DNA of 64,000 nucleotides from an uncultured Gammaproteobacteria bacterium (GTDB lineage: Bacteria > Patescibacteriota > Patescibacteriia > Patescibacteriales > UBA12465). Positions 29,663 to 39,336 of the stretch are shown one piece after another. The notes under the pieces are model-generated. The model ran no database searches, was not told where the DNA came from, and saw only the letters and a list, made by a program, of their open reading frames with translations. The first letter of the stretch is position 1. Every line of letters starts with the position of its first letter. Position numbers and translations under genes: made by a program. The stretch covers positions 451,102-515,101 of the forward strand of contig CAZTUJ010000001.1 in assembly GCA_964616855.1 (NCBI GenBank), written 5' to 3'.

Positions 29663-30151
29663 TTAAAGATTTTTTTTCATTTTTAAAATTTTATCTGCTT
29701 TTATTTTTGCTTCCTGTTCCAGAAAAAATTTATTAACATGCGGAATTAAAGCCAACCAACGTCTAATTAAAACGACTAATTTAGCCACCCCCACCTTAGC
29801 CTTACTTAAAAGAACACTAATTTTAGTAGCCGCTTTCTCCCCTTCCGCTTTGAAATTTGCCTGTTCTTGCGGGCTCATCTGCAAAAAGACCTGATCCAAG
29901 CCATCGGCTAAAATATTTTCAATTGCTTGTACGCGGGCACGCTCATCCGTACTAAGAGTATCCGCAACTGAAATCGGAACAGGACTAGCGATGGGCAAAG
30001 GCTCTTTAGCTAAATCTTTCTTAGGCAAAGAATCCAACTTAGGTTCTAGCTTTTCAAAAGAAGACTCTACCCCCTTTTCCGCTTTAGTCGGGGCTAAGGG
30101 GCGTTCGCTGCCGCCAGTTATCTGTTTTTCTAAGGAATTTTCCACTGACAT
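29663..30151 (-). CDS. Hypothetical protein (Lys/Glu-rich, amphipathic C-terminus)
   Basis: Start set at MSVENS (30151), directly after the ferredoxin stop (TAGtATG); the 186-aa track ORF is an over-extension. Confidence 0.4.
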   Translation of the reverse strand: MSVENSLEKQITGGSERPLAPTKAEKGVESSFEKLEPKLDSLPKKDLAKEPLPIASPVPISVADTLSTDERARVQAIENILADGLDQVFLQMSPQEQANFKAEGEKAATKISVLLSKAKVGVAKLVVLIRRWLALIPHVNKFFLEQEAKIKADKILKMKKNL

Positions 30152-30152
30152 A

Positions 30153-30323
30153 CTAAACGGTAATGGCGTTAACCGGACAGCTAGCAGCGGCGTTACGAGC
30201 GCAAGCCTCATCAAGTTGAGCAATTACTTCCGACTTGCCATCAGCATTCATCTGAAAGACTGTCGGGCAAATTCCAGCACACAAACCACAACCAATACAC
30301 TTATTCTGATCAACACTAATCAT
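30153..30323 (-). CDS. Small single-cluster [4Fe-4S] ferredoxin (56 aa)
   Basis: MISVDQNKCIGCGLCAGICPTVFQMNADGKSEVIAQLDEACARNAAASCPVNAITV: C-x2-C-x2-C-x3-CP plus distal CP; absent from the ORF track (under 60 aa, overlapped by a longer ORF). Confidence 0.85.
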   Translation of the reverse strand: MISVDQNKCIGCGLCAGICPTVFQMNADGKSEVIAQLDEACARNAAASCPVNAITV

Positions 30324-30396
30324 AAATTTATCAGCGGAAAAACAGTACGCTTGCGCCTACCGCCCTTCCTTCCTTTTTTAAAATATTAATACCCAA

Positions 30397-30405
30397 ATTA
30401 TAGCA
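30397..30405 (-). promoter_or_regulatory. Possible extended -10 (TGcTATAAT) for the ferredoxin operon
   Basis: Reverse complement of ATTATAGCA reads TGCTATAAT, about 70 nt upstream of the ferredoxin ATG. Confidence 0.3.
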
Positions 30406-30496
30406 TATTTTTAAAAAAATAACAGCTGTAAAACAGGGCAATTTTTAGTTCTAAAAGCGTGCAAAAGAAGCTTTAAAAAAGGAAAAATACTAATAG

Positions 30497-30525
30497 TTGA
30501 CAAGGATAAAATATTTTGTTATATT
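30497..30525 (+). promoter_or_regulatory. Sigma70-type promoter for rpmA
   Basis: TTGACA-17 nt-TATATT. Confidence 0.5.
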
Positions 30526-30608
30526 AGCTGTATTGATTTAAAAATCTTTAACGAAAAAGCGGCTGGCCGTTTTCTTTTTATTAGGGCGACGGCTGCCTCT
30601 AAACCTGT

Positions 30609-30884
30609 ATGGCACATAAGAAAGCCGCCGGTTCAACTTCATTAGGTCGCGATTCAGAAAGTAAACGCTTAGGCGTCAAGCTTTCCGACGGCCAAGTAGC
30701 GAAACCCGGCAACATCATCATCCGCCAACGCGGAACTAAATACCATCCGGGCGAGAATGTCCGTCGCGGTAACGACGACACACTCTTTGCAGTGGCCGAT
30801 GGTAAAGTTAAATTCAGCACCAAGAAATTGAAGAAATTTGACGGCAATCTGAAGACTACAAAAATTGTCAGCGTCATTAAATAA
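30609..30884 (+). CDS. rpmA: 50S ribosomal protein L27
   Basis: [24 protein letters not shown]...[13 protein letters not shown]. Confidence 0.95.
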   Translation: MAHKKAAGSTSLGRDSESKRLGVKLSDGQVAKPGNIIIRQRGTKYHPGENVRRGNDDTLFAVADGKVKFSTKKLKKFDGNLKTTKIVSVIK

Positions 30885-30901
30885 ATATACTCTTCCCTAT
30901 A

Positions 30902-30935
30902 AAAACACCCCGGATTAATTCCGGGGTGTTTTAAT
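30902..30935. terminator. Bidirectional terminator (rpmA / pyrG)
   Basis: ACACCCCGGA-ttaatt-TCCGGGGTGT-TTT. Confidence 0.65.
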
Positions 30936-30951
30936 TTACCTAATTTGATTA

Positions 30952-32634
30952 TTATTTTCCTCCTAAGCAGGCCTTTACAAAGGCAACAAAGAGGGGGTGC
31001 GGCGATAAAGGCCGAGAAATATATTCAGGATGAAACTGAACGCCCACAAAAAAGGGATGATTTTTTAATTCAATGGCTTCTACAATCTGCTTATCAGGTG
31101 AGGTACCCGCAATCACCAAGCCTAAACTTTCAAAGCGAGTGCGATAATCATTATTAAATTCATAGCGATGGCGATGCCGCTCGGAAACGACTTTTTCCTT
31201 TGTATATTTAGCATAGGCTGCAGCTAAACGCGTTCCAGGATGCAAGAGACAAGGCCAACCACCAAGACGAATAGTGCCACCATAGCCTTTTTCCGCAATT
31301 AATTTTTCCTGTCCCGGCATGATGTGAATTACCGGATCGGGAGTCTTGGGATCAACTTCAGCGGAGTTAGCGGCTTTTAAGCCAGCCACATTACGGGCAA
31401 ATTCAATCACTGCCATCTGCATGCCGTAGCACAAACCGAAATAAGGAATCTTCTTTTCGCGACAATATTTAATCGCCGTAATTTTACCTTCTGCTCCGCG
31501 ACCACCCCAACCTTGAGGAATAATCAGACCGTCCATCCCCCTCAAGACGGATACACCTTTTTTCTCCACCTCTTCAGCACTCAGCCAGTGCAACTCTACC
31601 TTGCTGTGATTAGCAGCCGCCGCGTGCTTCACAGACTCAATTACGGAAATATAGGAGTCAGTTAAAGAAAAATCGCCGGTGGCAAAATACTTACCAACAA
31701 TGCCAATTTTTATCCGATGATTGTGCTGTTTGGTGGCAGCCACAAATTTTTTCCAAGCAATATTATCAGGAATCTTTCTTCGTAAAGGTAAATTTAATTT
31801 TTCTAAAATATGCAGGCTCAAATTCTCTTTTTCAAAATTTAACGGAATATCGTAGATAGAGTCAGCATCGGGAGCGGCAATGACATCGGCAATAGCGACG
31901 TTGCAATGAATAGCCAGCTTCTCTTTGCGGGCATTATCAATTGGCTGTTCACTGCGAGCAATTAAGAAATCCGGTTGGATACCAGCACTATTTAAACTGC
32001 GGACAGCGTGCTGAGTGGGCTTAGTCTTCATTTCCCCAATTTTACTGGGCACGGGCAAATAAGAGACCATGACAAAAAGGACATCCTTAGGATTATATAA
32101 CTTCATTACTCTAGCAGCTTCTAGGAACAAGAGATTTTCATATTCACCCACCGTGCCCCCCACTTCAATAATCATAATCTCCGCGCCGCTCTTTTCTACC
32201 GCCTTATCAATTCGCGCCCTGATTTCCATAGGAATATGAGGCACAACCTGGACACATTTACCTTTATATTCAAGATTACGCTCCCGGTTAATCACGGTTT
32301 GATAAATACGACCGGTGGTCATGTAATTTTCCCGGTAAATATTTTTACCCAAAAAACGCTCGTAATTACCTAAGTCCTGATCGGTTTCATCACCGTCTTC
32401 AGTTACAAAAACTTCCCCGTGTTCAATCGGATTCATGGTGCCGGCGTCAACATTGATATAGGGATCCATCTTAATAGCGCTAACCTTATAGCCCCGCGCC
32501 TGCAGAATTTGACCAATAGAGGCGGTACTAACGCCTTTACCTACACCCGACATCACACCACCAACCACAAAAATAAATTTGGGATTTGCAGCTTTAGCTT
32601 TTTCGGTTCCGCTCTTTTTTTTCGCTTTTTGCAT
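30952..32634 (-). CDS. pyrG: CTP synthase
   Basis: FVVGGVMSGVGKG...; C-terminal glutamine amidotransferase domain. Confidence 0.95.
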   Translation of the reverse strand: MQKAKKKSGTEKAKAANPKFIFVVGGVMSGVGKGVSTASIGQILQARGYKVSAIKMDPYINVDAGTMNPIEHGEVFVTEDGDETDQDLGNYERFLGKNIYRENYMTTGRIYQTVINRERNLEYKGKCVQVVPHIPMEIRARIDKAVEKSGAEIMIIEVGGTVGEYENLLFLEAARVMKLYNPKDVLFVMVSYLPVPSKIGEMKTKPTQHAVRSLNSAGIQPDFLIARSEQPIDNARKEKLAIHCNVAIADVIAAPDADSIYDIPLNFEKENLSLHILEKLNLPLRRKIPDNIAWKKFVAATKQHNHRIKIGIVGKYFATGDFSLTDSYISVIESVKHAAAANHSKVELHWLSAEEVEKKGVSVLRGMDGLIIPQGWGGRGAEGKITAIKYCREKKIPYFGLCYGMQMAVIEFARNVAGLKAANSAEVDPKTPDPVIHIMPGQEKLIAEKGYGGTIRLGGWPCLLHPGTRLAAAYAKYTKEKVVSERHRHRYEFNNDYRTRFESLGLVIAGTSPDKQIVEAIELKNHPFFVGVQFHPEYISRPLSPHPLFVAFVKACLGGK

Positions 32635-32675
32635 AAGGAGAGAAAATCAGCCGACGCCATAAGCGCCCGACCTAA

Positions 32676-33914
32676 TTATTTAGTGACTTCCGCCGGCTTC
32701 AAAATTAGCTCTAAAGCCTTAACCATTTGCGGGTCTTTATTTTTATCAACGTCTTCTTTACTTAATTTAATTTCTAAATCAGGAGTAATGCCCTTTTCAT
32801 TAATAAAATCACCATTAGGAGTCAACCACTTAGCGACAGTAATCTTTAAGGCAGAACCATCACTTAAATCCCGTAAGCTCTGCACTGAGCCTTTGCCAAA
32901 AGACTGTTCACCGACAATCGTCGCCTTTTTATAGTCACGTAAAGCCCCGGCCACGATTTCCGAAGCCGAAGCACTACCACCATTAATTAAAACTACCGTT
33001 TTGAAGCCACCTAAGCTAGGATTACCCTCAGCAAAATATTCTTGGCGCTTCCCTTCACCAAACTGTTCAACTACCACCGGCCCTTCTTTTACCCAAGCGC
33101 TGGCCATGGAAATAGCGGTATCTAAATAACCACCAGGATTATTGCGCAGATCTAAAATGATGCCTTTAGGGTTCTTGGTGAGCGCGGTTTTAACGGCTTG
33201 ATTAAATAAACCCATGGTATCGTCATTAAAATTGCTAACCGTAATAACCATAACGCCATCGTTACGCAACTCAGTCTTAACGCTCTTAACCACAATCAAA
33301 CCACGGACGATTTTAATTTCCAAGGGTTTATCTTCATCTTCACGGATTAAGGTCAAAGTAACCTCAGTTCCCTTTTCTCCTCTGATTTTTTTTACGGCTT
33401 CATCAACGCTTAAACCTAAAGTGCTGACACCATCAATGGCATAAATTTTATCACCCGCCTTGACCCCCGCTTTTTCGGCGGGCATTCCTGCTAAGGGGGC
33501 AATGATGGTGATAATGTCCTTACGCATACCTACTTCAGCGCCAATACCCTCAAAAGTGCCGGAAAGATCGTCGGCAAACTCTTTTGCTTCTTTAGGGTCC
33601 ATGAAGACAGTATAGGGATCGTCCATAGAAGCAGCTAGGCCCCGTAAAGAACCGTAAAACATTTCTTCATCTTTAACTTTATTCTTATCCACATAATCAC
33701 TGCGCAATTTATCCCAAACTTCCCAATAAAGGTTAAAGTCAAAAGCTGTCTCTGAATTAGCTTGTTTAGATTCGGGTGAATAGGCAATAATCTTGGAAGA
33801 ATTATCTTTTCCCGCCCAAGATAAGCCAGCGGCAAAAGAGGCGCCCATTAATAAAATAATGGCGAGCCAAGACCATTTATTTTTTTTCACTTGATAGTTT
33901 TCAGAATTATTCAT
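32676..33914 (-). CDS. ctpA: Carboxyl-terminal processing protease (S41)
   Basis: TM, PDZ, DLRNNPGGYL, GGSASASEIVAGAL. Confidence 0.85.
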   Translation of the reverse strand: MNNSENYQVKKNKWSWLAIILLMGASFAAGLSWAGKDNSSKIIAYSPESKQANSETAFDFNLYWEVWDKLRSDYVDKNKVKDEEMFYGSLRGLAASMDDPYTVFMDPKEAKEFADDLSGTFEGIGAEVGMRKDIITIIAPLAGMPAEKAGVKAGDKIYAIDGVSTLGLSVDEAVKKIRGEKGTEVTLTLIREDEDKPLEIKIVRGLIVVKSVKTELRNDGVMVITVSNFNDDTMGLFNQAVKTALTKNPKGIILDLRNNPGGYLDTAISMASAWVKEGPVVVEQFGEGKRQEYFAEGNPSLGGFKTVVLINGGSASASEIVAGALRDYKKATIVGEQSFGKGSVQSLRDLSDGSALKITVAKWLTPNGDFINEKGITPDLEIKLSKEDVDKNKDPQMVKALELILKPAEVTK

Positions 33915-33923
33915 AAGTAATAA

Positions 33924-34517
33924 TTATTTTCTTAAAATTTCTACCCCGCCATCAGGCCGCAAGCGCAAGAGACGAGAAGCGCGAGCACTATTTTTACCGC
34001 CGCTTAACAATAAATCAGGACGCGGCTCTTTTTTAAAAACTACTTTGGCGGCCACGGCGTCCAAAACAGCCTTGCCACTAAAATTAGCACTGGTAGAAAC
34101 TAAGGGGACGCCTAGGGCTCTTATCATTTTACGCAAAAAAATACTTTTGGGCAAACGCACAGCCAATTCCGAACTACCAGCGGTCAAAGATTGCGGTAAT
34201 AATCCTCGGTGAGGTAATAAAACTGAACTGGGACGATGGTTCTGCCAGATTATTTTTAAACCATTCATCTGCCCTTTATTAATCCGACAAAATTTACGAG
34301 CCATACTTAGACTGGAAACTAGGACTAACAAGGGTTTGCCGCGATCACGTCTTTTAATATTAAAAATCCGAGCAATTGACTTCTCCTTATCAGCACGACA
34401 AGACAAGCCATAAATAGTATCAGTCGGTAGCATCAATACCTCTCCTTGGCGTAAACGAGCGACTAAGTGGCGACGTAAAGCCGCGTCATCTTTTCTCTTC
34501 CAAGAAATGATTTCCAT
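33924..34517 (-). CDS. tsaC: L-threonylcarbamoyladenylate synthase (YrdC/Sua5 family)
   Basis: LPTDTIYGL...PLLVL...STSANFSGK. Confidence 0.75.
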   Translation of the reverse strand: MEIISWKRKDDAALRRHLVARLRQGEVLMLPTDTIYGLSCRADKEKSIARIFNIKRRDRGKPLLVLVSSLSMARKFCRINKGQMNGLKIIWQNHRPSSVLLPHRGLLPQSLTAGSSELAVRLPKSIFLRKMIRALGVPLVSTSANFSGKAVLDAVAAKVVFKKEPRPDLLLSGGKNSARASRLLRLRPDGGVEILRK

Positions 34518-34520
34518 ATT

Positions 34521-35036
34521 CTAAATCAAGGACTGCAGAGCCTTAAGGGCTTCGGGTAAAACCGGCATCACAATCTTTACCACCTTTAAGAAAAAAGGAG
34601 CGACTTGCGAAGACACTAATTTATCTCCGAATAAACTGCCGATCCAGGCGTAACGAGAAACAACAAATAAAATAAGACCGATAAACAAAGAACCCTCTAA
34701 AAGACCCAGGGCTCCACCTAATAAGCGATTAATAGTTTTGGTGAAAGGAATGATGGAAATGAGATTAAAAACCTTTTCCAAAAGGACAAAAACCCAATCT
34801 ACTAACATTGTCACCACCACAAACACCACGATAAAGGCAATGACTTTACCTAGACTCTCGCGGCCACCAAAAAAACTCTGACTCCATTCATAAAATTGCA
34901 AATAGAAACGGCTGGCAATAAAAGCGCCGATAATCAAACCAACGATGTTGCCTAAAAGTCTAATTAAACCTTTACTTAAACCGTTAAAGACGAAACCGGC
35001 GACAACAACCAACAACGCGATGTCAAAATAAGACAT
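34521..35036 (-). CDS. cvpA: CvpA-family membrane protein
   Basis: MSYFDIALLVVVAGFVFNGLSKGLIR; four TM. Confidence 0.6.
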   Translation of the reverse strand: MSYFDIALLVVVAGFVFNGLSKGLIRLLGNIVGLIIGAFIASRFYLQFYEWSQSFFGGRESLGKVIAFIVVFVVVTMLVDWVFVLLEKVFNLISIIPFTKTINRLLGGALGLLEGSLFIGLILFVVSRYAWIGSLFGDKLVSSQVAPFFLKVVKIVMPVLPEALKALQSLI

Positions 35037-35040
35037 ATTA

Positions 35041-36495
35041 TTAAGCGGTCTCAGTCGCCGCGGCTAAGCGCGGAAACAAAGACTCGCCCTTTAAAATTTG
35101 AGGACTAGTAAACTGTTTGATAATAGCCGCGGCCGTCAGCGGTAAAAAAGGCTGGAGCATTAAAGCAATGTTTAAAATCCGCTCAGCCAAAGGCTTTAAA
35201 ACTGCTGCCACTTCCTCAGCCACACTTAACTTCCAAGGAGCCTTAGCTGTTAATTCTTCATTGCAGGCAGCAATTTCTTGCCAAATAAACTGCAAAGCCC
35301 GATGGAATTGATAATTAGGCAAATTCGCATCCGCTAATAAACGCCTAATTGCTTCCGCTTGATTAGCCATGAGATTAGTAGCAATCTGATTCTTTTCCAA
35401 AAGAGTGCTCACGCGGGCCACTAAATTACCCAAACCATTAGCTAAATCAGCATTATATTTTTGCAATAAACGCTCTTCGGAAAAATCACTATCTTCAAAA
35501 GGAAGAATCTCCGTTAAAAGGTAATAGCGCAAAGCTTCAGCTCCATATTTTTCGGAAAAAGTAAAAGGATCAACGCCATTACCTAAGCTCTTGCTAATTT
35601 TTTGGCCATTGGCCGTTAAAAATCCAAAAACTAATACTTGTTTAGATAAAGGTAGACCGGCTGACAAAAGCATCGCTTGCCACATAGCTGTTTGCTGACG
35701 CAAATTATCTTTACCGCAAACCTGCACTGCCGGCCAAAAAGCCTGGAATTTAGCCTCATCTTCCGGCCAGCCCAAGGTAGAAATATAATTTACCAAAGCA
35801 TCAAACCAAACATACATTACCTGCTCATCATCTCCCGGCACGGGCACACCGTTAGGCATCTTAGCTTTTAAGCGAGAGATACTGAAGTCTTGTAAACCGC
35901 TGCTGACAAAATTCTTGATTTCCGTAAAACGATGATTAGGAATCACAAAATCAGGATGAGCCTCATAGAAATCTAGCAAAGGCTGTTGATATTTGGAAAA
36001 GCGGAAAAAATAATTTTCTTCTTCAATTAATTCTAAATCGCGGTTAGGATGCAGCGGGCAACGCTCATCCACCAGCTCGGAATCAGTCTTCTCTAATTCA
36101 CAGCCGACACAATATTTCACGCTATACGTTTTTTTATAGATATCACCCTTAGCTTCACAGCGACGCCAAAATTCTTGAGCCGCACTTTCGTGGTGAGGAT
36201 CAGAGGTGCGGATGAAATTAGTAAAACTTAAATTAAGAGCCTCCTGCAAAGAGGCAAAGCGAGCGGCATAGGGGTCACAATAGGCACGAGCCGACAGGCC
36301 GGCCGCCTGTGCTTGCTGAAATATTTTCAAACCATGTTCATCGGTACCGGTATTAAAAAATACCTCCCTACCCTGTAATCTTTGCCAGCGGGCAATGACA
36401 TCCGCCTTCACCATTTCTGCGGCAAAACCAATGTGCGGATCGGAATTAGTATAAGGCAAGGTGGTGGTAATATAAAAATTATTTTCTTTAGACAT
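35041..36495 (-). CDS. metG: Methionyl-tRNA synthetase (minimal form, no C-terminal tRNA-binding extension)
   Basis: PYTNSDPHIGF (HIGH variant), Zn knuckle CVGCE...CPLHP, KISKSLGN. Confidence 0.9.
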   Translation of the reverse strand: MSKENNFYITTTLPYTNSDPHIGFAAEMVKADVIARWQRLQGREVFFNTGTDEHGLKIFQQAQAAGLSARAYCDPYAARFASLQEALNLSFTNFIRTSDPHHESAAQEFWRRCEAKGDIYKKTYSVKYCVGCELEKTDSELVDERCPLHPNRDLELIEEENYFFRFSKYQQPLLDFYEAHPDFVIPNHRFTEIKNFVSSGLQDFSISRLKAKMPNGVPVPGDDEQVMYVWFDALVNYISTLGWPEDEAKFQAFWPAVQVCGKDNLRQQTAMWQAMLLSAGLPLSKQVLVFGFLTANGQKISKSLGNGVDPFTFSEKYGAEALRYYLLTEILPFEDSDFSEERLLQKYNADLANGLGNLVARVSTLLEKNQIATNLMANQAEAIRRLLADANLPNYQFHRALQFIWQEIAACNEELTAKAPWKLSVAEEVAAVLKPLAERILNIALMLQPFLPLTAAAIIKQFTSPQILKGESLFPRLAAATETA

Positions 36496-36500
36496 AGATT

Positions 36501-37202
36501 TTATTTTAAACGTCTGACTAAAACCACAAATTCCCCTTTTTGCATCTCGGCATCATTTTCCAAACGCTCAGCCAATTCGGCGGGAGTACCGAAATAAAGA
36601 CTTTCAAACATCTTAGTCAGTTCCCGCCCCAACATCATTTGGATATTAAGGCCAGCCTCCTTACTAAAAAGATCAAATTCGCTTAAACACTTTTTCAGAC
36701 GGTGCTTGGACTCATAGAAAGCCACTGGATAATGAGAATTTAATATTTCTTTAATCATGGTTTGTCTTCCTTTTTTGTGAGGAAGAAAGCCAAAGAAAGA
36801 AAAGCGATCAACTGGCCAACCAGATACGGAAAGAGCGGTAATCACGGCGCTAGCGCCGGGAATCGGCACAACGGATAATTCTTCGCCATATTCTTGGCGG
36901 GCAGCCGCCACCAACACTGAACCCGGATCAGAAATTCCCGGCGTCCCAGCATCAGAAACTAGCACTAAATCCTTGCCCTCCCCTAAATAGCGGACTAACT
37001 GCTCAATCTTCCCTAAACCAGAATGCTGATGATAGGAAATAGTCGGCGTCTTAATCTCATATTTATTCAATAACTGCCTGGTAGTCCGCGTATCTTCACA
37101 TAAAACGAAGGCGGCCTCGCGCAAGATGCGCAAGGCCCGCAGGCTGATATCTTCTAGATTACCAATAGGCGTTGCCGCCACAAAAAGAGTACCGAGGGCC
37201 AT
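36501..37202 (-). CDS. rsmI: 16S rRNA (cytidine1402-2'-O)-methyltransferase
   Basis: LFVAATPIGNLEDISLRALRIL...LCEDTR. Confidence 0.85.
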   Translation of the reverse strand: MALGTLFVAATPIGNLEDISLRALRILREAAFVLCEDTRTTRQLLNKYEIKTPTISYHQHSGLGKIEQLVRYLGEGKDLVLVSDAGTPGISDPGSVLVAAARQEYGEELSVVPIPGASAVITALSVSGWPVDRFSFFGFLPHKKGRQTMIKEILNSHYPVAFYESKHRLKKCLSEFDLFSKEAGLNIQMMLGRELTKMFESLYFGTPAELAERLENDAEMQKGEFVVLVRRLK

Positions 37203-37204
37203 AA

Positions 37205-38929
37205 TTAAACCATGTTATCTTTCCGTTCTTTAATATACTTCGTCCACTCTTCGGCAATATCGACTAAAATCTTAAAAGGAGCCTCAATGATAAAGTCAAA
37301 GATAAAGATAAAGACGTTAACTTTGGAGACATTATTAGACAACCATTTGCCCGCCATAATAATAGGCATATAAAACAAGTCGGCTAAAAATGAGAGTAAA
37401 TTTTCCTTCTTCTCGATTACTAATAATTCTTTAATGCCCTTGGTCACAATAATACTGAAGAAACTAACAAAAGCTAAGAAGAAAAGGAAGATGGTAATAC
37501 TCACCCAGTTGAAATTAACTTTAGTTAAGACCCAGATAATGAAATAAATGGAAATAAAGAAAGTACAGGTATAAACTAAATTGAAGATAAAATTAACGGC
37601 GCGCCCGCGCTTCTTGGGATTACGCAACTTAATTGGCTGTTGTCTTTCGGAGCCAACAAAGGCAATCTCTTTCACTCCCTCGACAATCCTATCAGTATTA
37701 CTCTCCCCTGGTACGCGCGTGAAGGAAACAATAAAGAATAAGAGGACGGCCGGAAAAGCGACGTTAATTGCCAAAGCGCTGGGATTAAGGGGTTGATCAA
37801 ACCAATGGATGGCCGGAATTTCAATTAAAAAGACAAAAATGGATTTCGTTAAGAAAATATAAATAATACTGCGCAAAGCTGCGCGCCATAAACGCGCCTT
37901 CGCTTTTTTATACTTCTTATTACAAACTTTACGGACAGCGTTTAAAAAAGTTTTAGGATTCTGTTTAAATTCATTGTAGACCTTAGCCGGATCATTAGCT
38001 AAAGCTTCCTGTAAAACCGTAAAATATAAAGAATAGCGACGGACTAAACGATCAAGTTGCTTTTTTAAAGGATGTTTTAACTGAAAGGAAATGGTGTCTC
38101 TTAAAGTTTGGATATTAGTAGCAATGGCTTTAATCTGTTCTTCTTTAGGAGCAAACATCGCGTCCACCCGCTCACCAATCCAACCTTGGTTATAATATTT
38201 AAAGAGAACAAAAGAAAGCATGTCGTCATCAAAACGAGAGTAGGTGCGACTAATGCTGAGATATATTTGAATACTAAGATCGCTGCCATAAGGCAAATCA
38301 GGCGGCAGCTGAATAACCCGACTCATCGTATCAAACATGACATTAACCATCGCTTGCTTCGTCTGGTCGCTAACTAGATTTTCCTCAATTTCACAAGCGG
38401 CTAATGACAAAATCCAAGAAACCAAACGATTTTTTTCTTGAATATTATTCTTTGCCCGCTTAATATCAGTCTGTAAATTTAAACTGGAATCAAAAGCTTT
38501 AAAACACTCTTGCTTTAAACGCAAATACTTATCTAAAATTAGAACCACTTCACCGACCTTAGCTTCTGGCAAAGAATTATTAGGCAAATAGCTCGCCCGA
38601 ATTAATTCTGCCAAAAGATGCCGAGATAAATCCTCGGTTCCCTGCGTCTTTAAAAAGCCTTCAATAACAATTTGACGCTTTAAGATACGAGCAATGGCAT
38701 TTTTGCGCAAAAGATGATCCTCTTCGTAATCCACAGCATTACGCACTTTTTCATAAAAAAAGGCCATTTTGGAAATTAATTCCGAAACTTGCAAGCGCGG
38801 CGATTCATCGTCCTTATCTTGCGGACGATTAATATCATTATAAATCGCTTGGAAGAGTTTTTTGGCGTTATCATTAAACTCTTCGCCACCGGTGGCAATT
38901 TTTTTTGTTGCTAAATTAGGGCTAACCAT
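37205..38929 (-). CDS. Large membrane protein of unknown function (soluble N-domain of about 350 aa plus multi-TM C-domain)
   Basis: No motif recognised; hydrophobic C-terminal half. Confidence 0.4.
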   Translation of the reverse strand: MVSPNLATKKIATGGEEFNDNAKKLFQAIYNDINRPQDKDDESPRLQVSELISKMAFFYEKVRNAVDYEEDHLLRKNAIARILKRQIVIEGFLKTQGTEDLSRHLLAELIRASYLPNNSLPEAKVGEVVLILDKYLRLKQECFKAFDSSLNLQTDIKRAKNNIQEKNRLVSWILSLAACEIEENLVSDQTKQAMVNVMFDTMSRVIQLPPDLPYGSDLSIQIYLSISRTYSRFDDDMLSFVLFKYYNQGWIGERVDAMFAPKEEQIKAIATNIQTLRDTISFQLKHPLKKQLDRLVRRYSLYFTVLQEALANDPAKVYNEFKQNPKTFLNAVRKVCNKKYKKAKARLWRAALRSIIYIFLTKSIFVFLIEIPAIHWFDQPLNPSALAINVAFPAVLLFFIVSFTRVPGESNTDRIVEGVKEIAFVGSERQQPIKLRNPKKRGRAVNFIFNLVYTCTFFISIYFIIWVLTKVNFNWVSITIFLFFLAFVSFFSIIVTKGIKELLVIEKKENLLSFLADLFYMPIIMAGKWLSNNVSKVNVFIFIFDFIIEAPFKILVDIAEEWTKYIKERKDNMV

Positions 38930-38998
38930 ATGAATTTTTTGTTCATTTCCATTTTATCTTGTTTGCCCTGAAAAAGCAACGGGAAGGACGGCGCCAGC

Positions 38999-39027
38999 TT
39001 GACAGACCAAAGTGATTTCGGTAATAT
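38999..39027 (+). promoter_or_regulatory. Sigma70-type promoter for secE-nusG-rplK-rplA
   Basis: TTGACA-17 nt-TAATAT. Confidence 0.5.
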
Positions 39028-39087
39028 ATAAGCAGATACAAAAAGTGGCCTTAACGGCTCTTTTTAATATTACAAATTTTACCTAAT

Positions 39088-39273
39088 ATGAGCAAAATCA
39101 GCCGCTACTTCCAGGAGTCTCTGGAAGAAATGAAAAAAGTTACCTGGCCGACAAAAAAAGAAACCTATAATTACACAATCTTAGTAATTGTCATTTCTTT
39201 AGCCGTAGCCGCCTTTTTAGGCATCTTAGACTACGTTTTCAATCTCGGTTTCAAAGAACTTATTATTCAATAA
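39088..39273 (+). CDS. secE: Preprotein translocase subunit SecE
   Basis: EEMKKVTWPTKKET, single C-terminal TM. Confidence 0.8.
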   Translation: MSKISRYFQESLEEMKKVTWPTKKETYNYTILVIVISLAVAAFLGILDYVFNLGFKELIIQ

Positions 39274-39336
39274 TTTTCTTCCTCAAGCGCGCAACAAAAC
39301 GACGGTTCAAACCGGTCGCTAGGCGCCTTTAAACTT

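Noticed and set aside
29663-30223. 186-aa ORF as given in the track (N-terminal MLNLMRLALVTPLLAVRLTPLPF)
   Set aside because: Its first 24 codons overlap the far more convincing ferredoxin reading frame. An in-frame ATG at 30151 (MSVENS) immediately after the ferredoxin stop is the likelier start.
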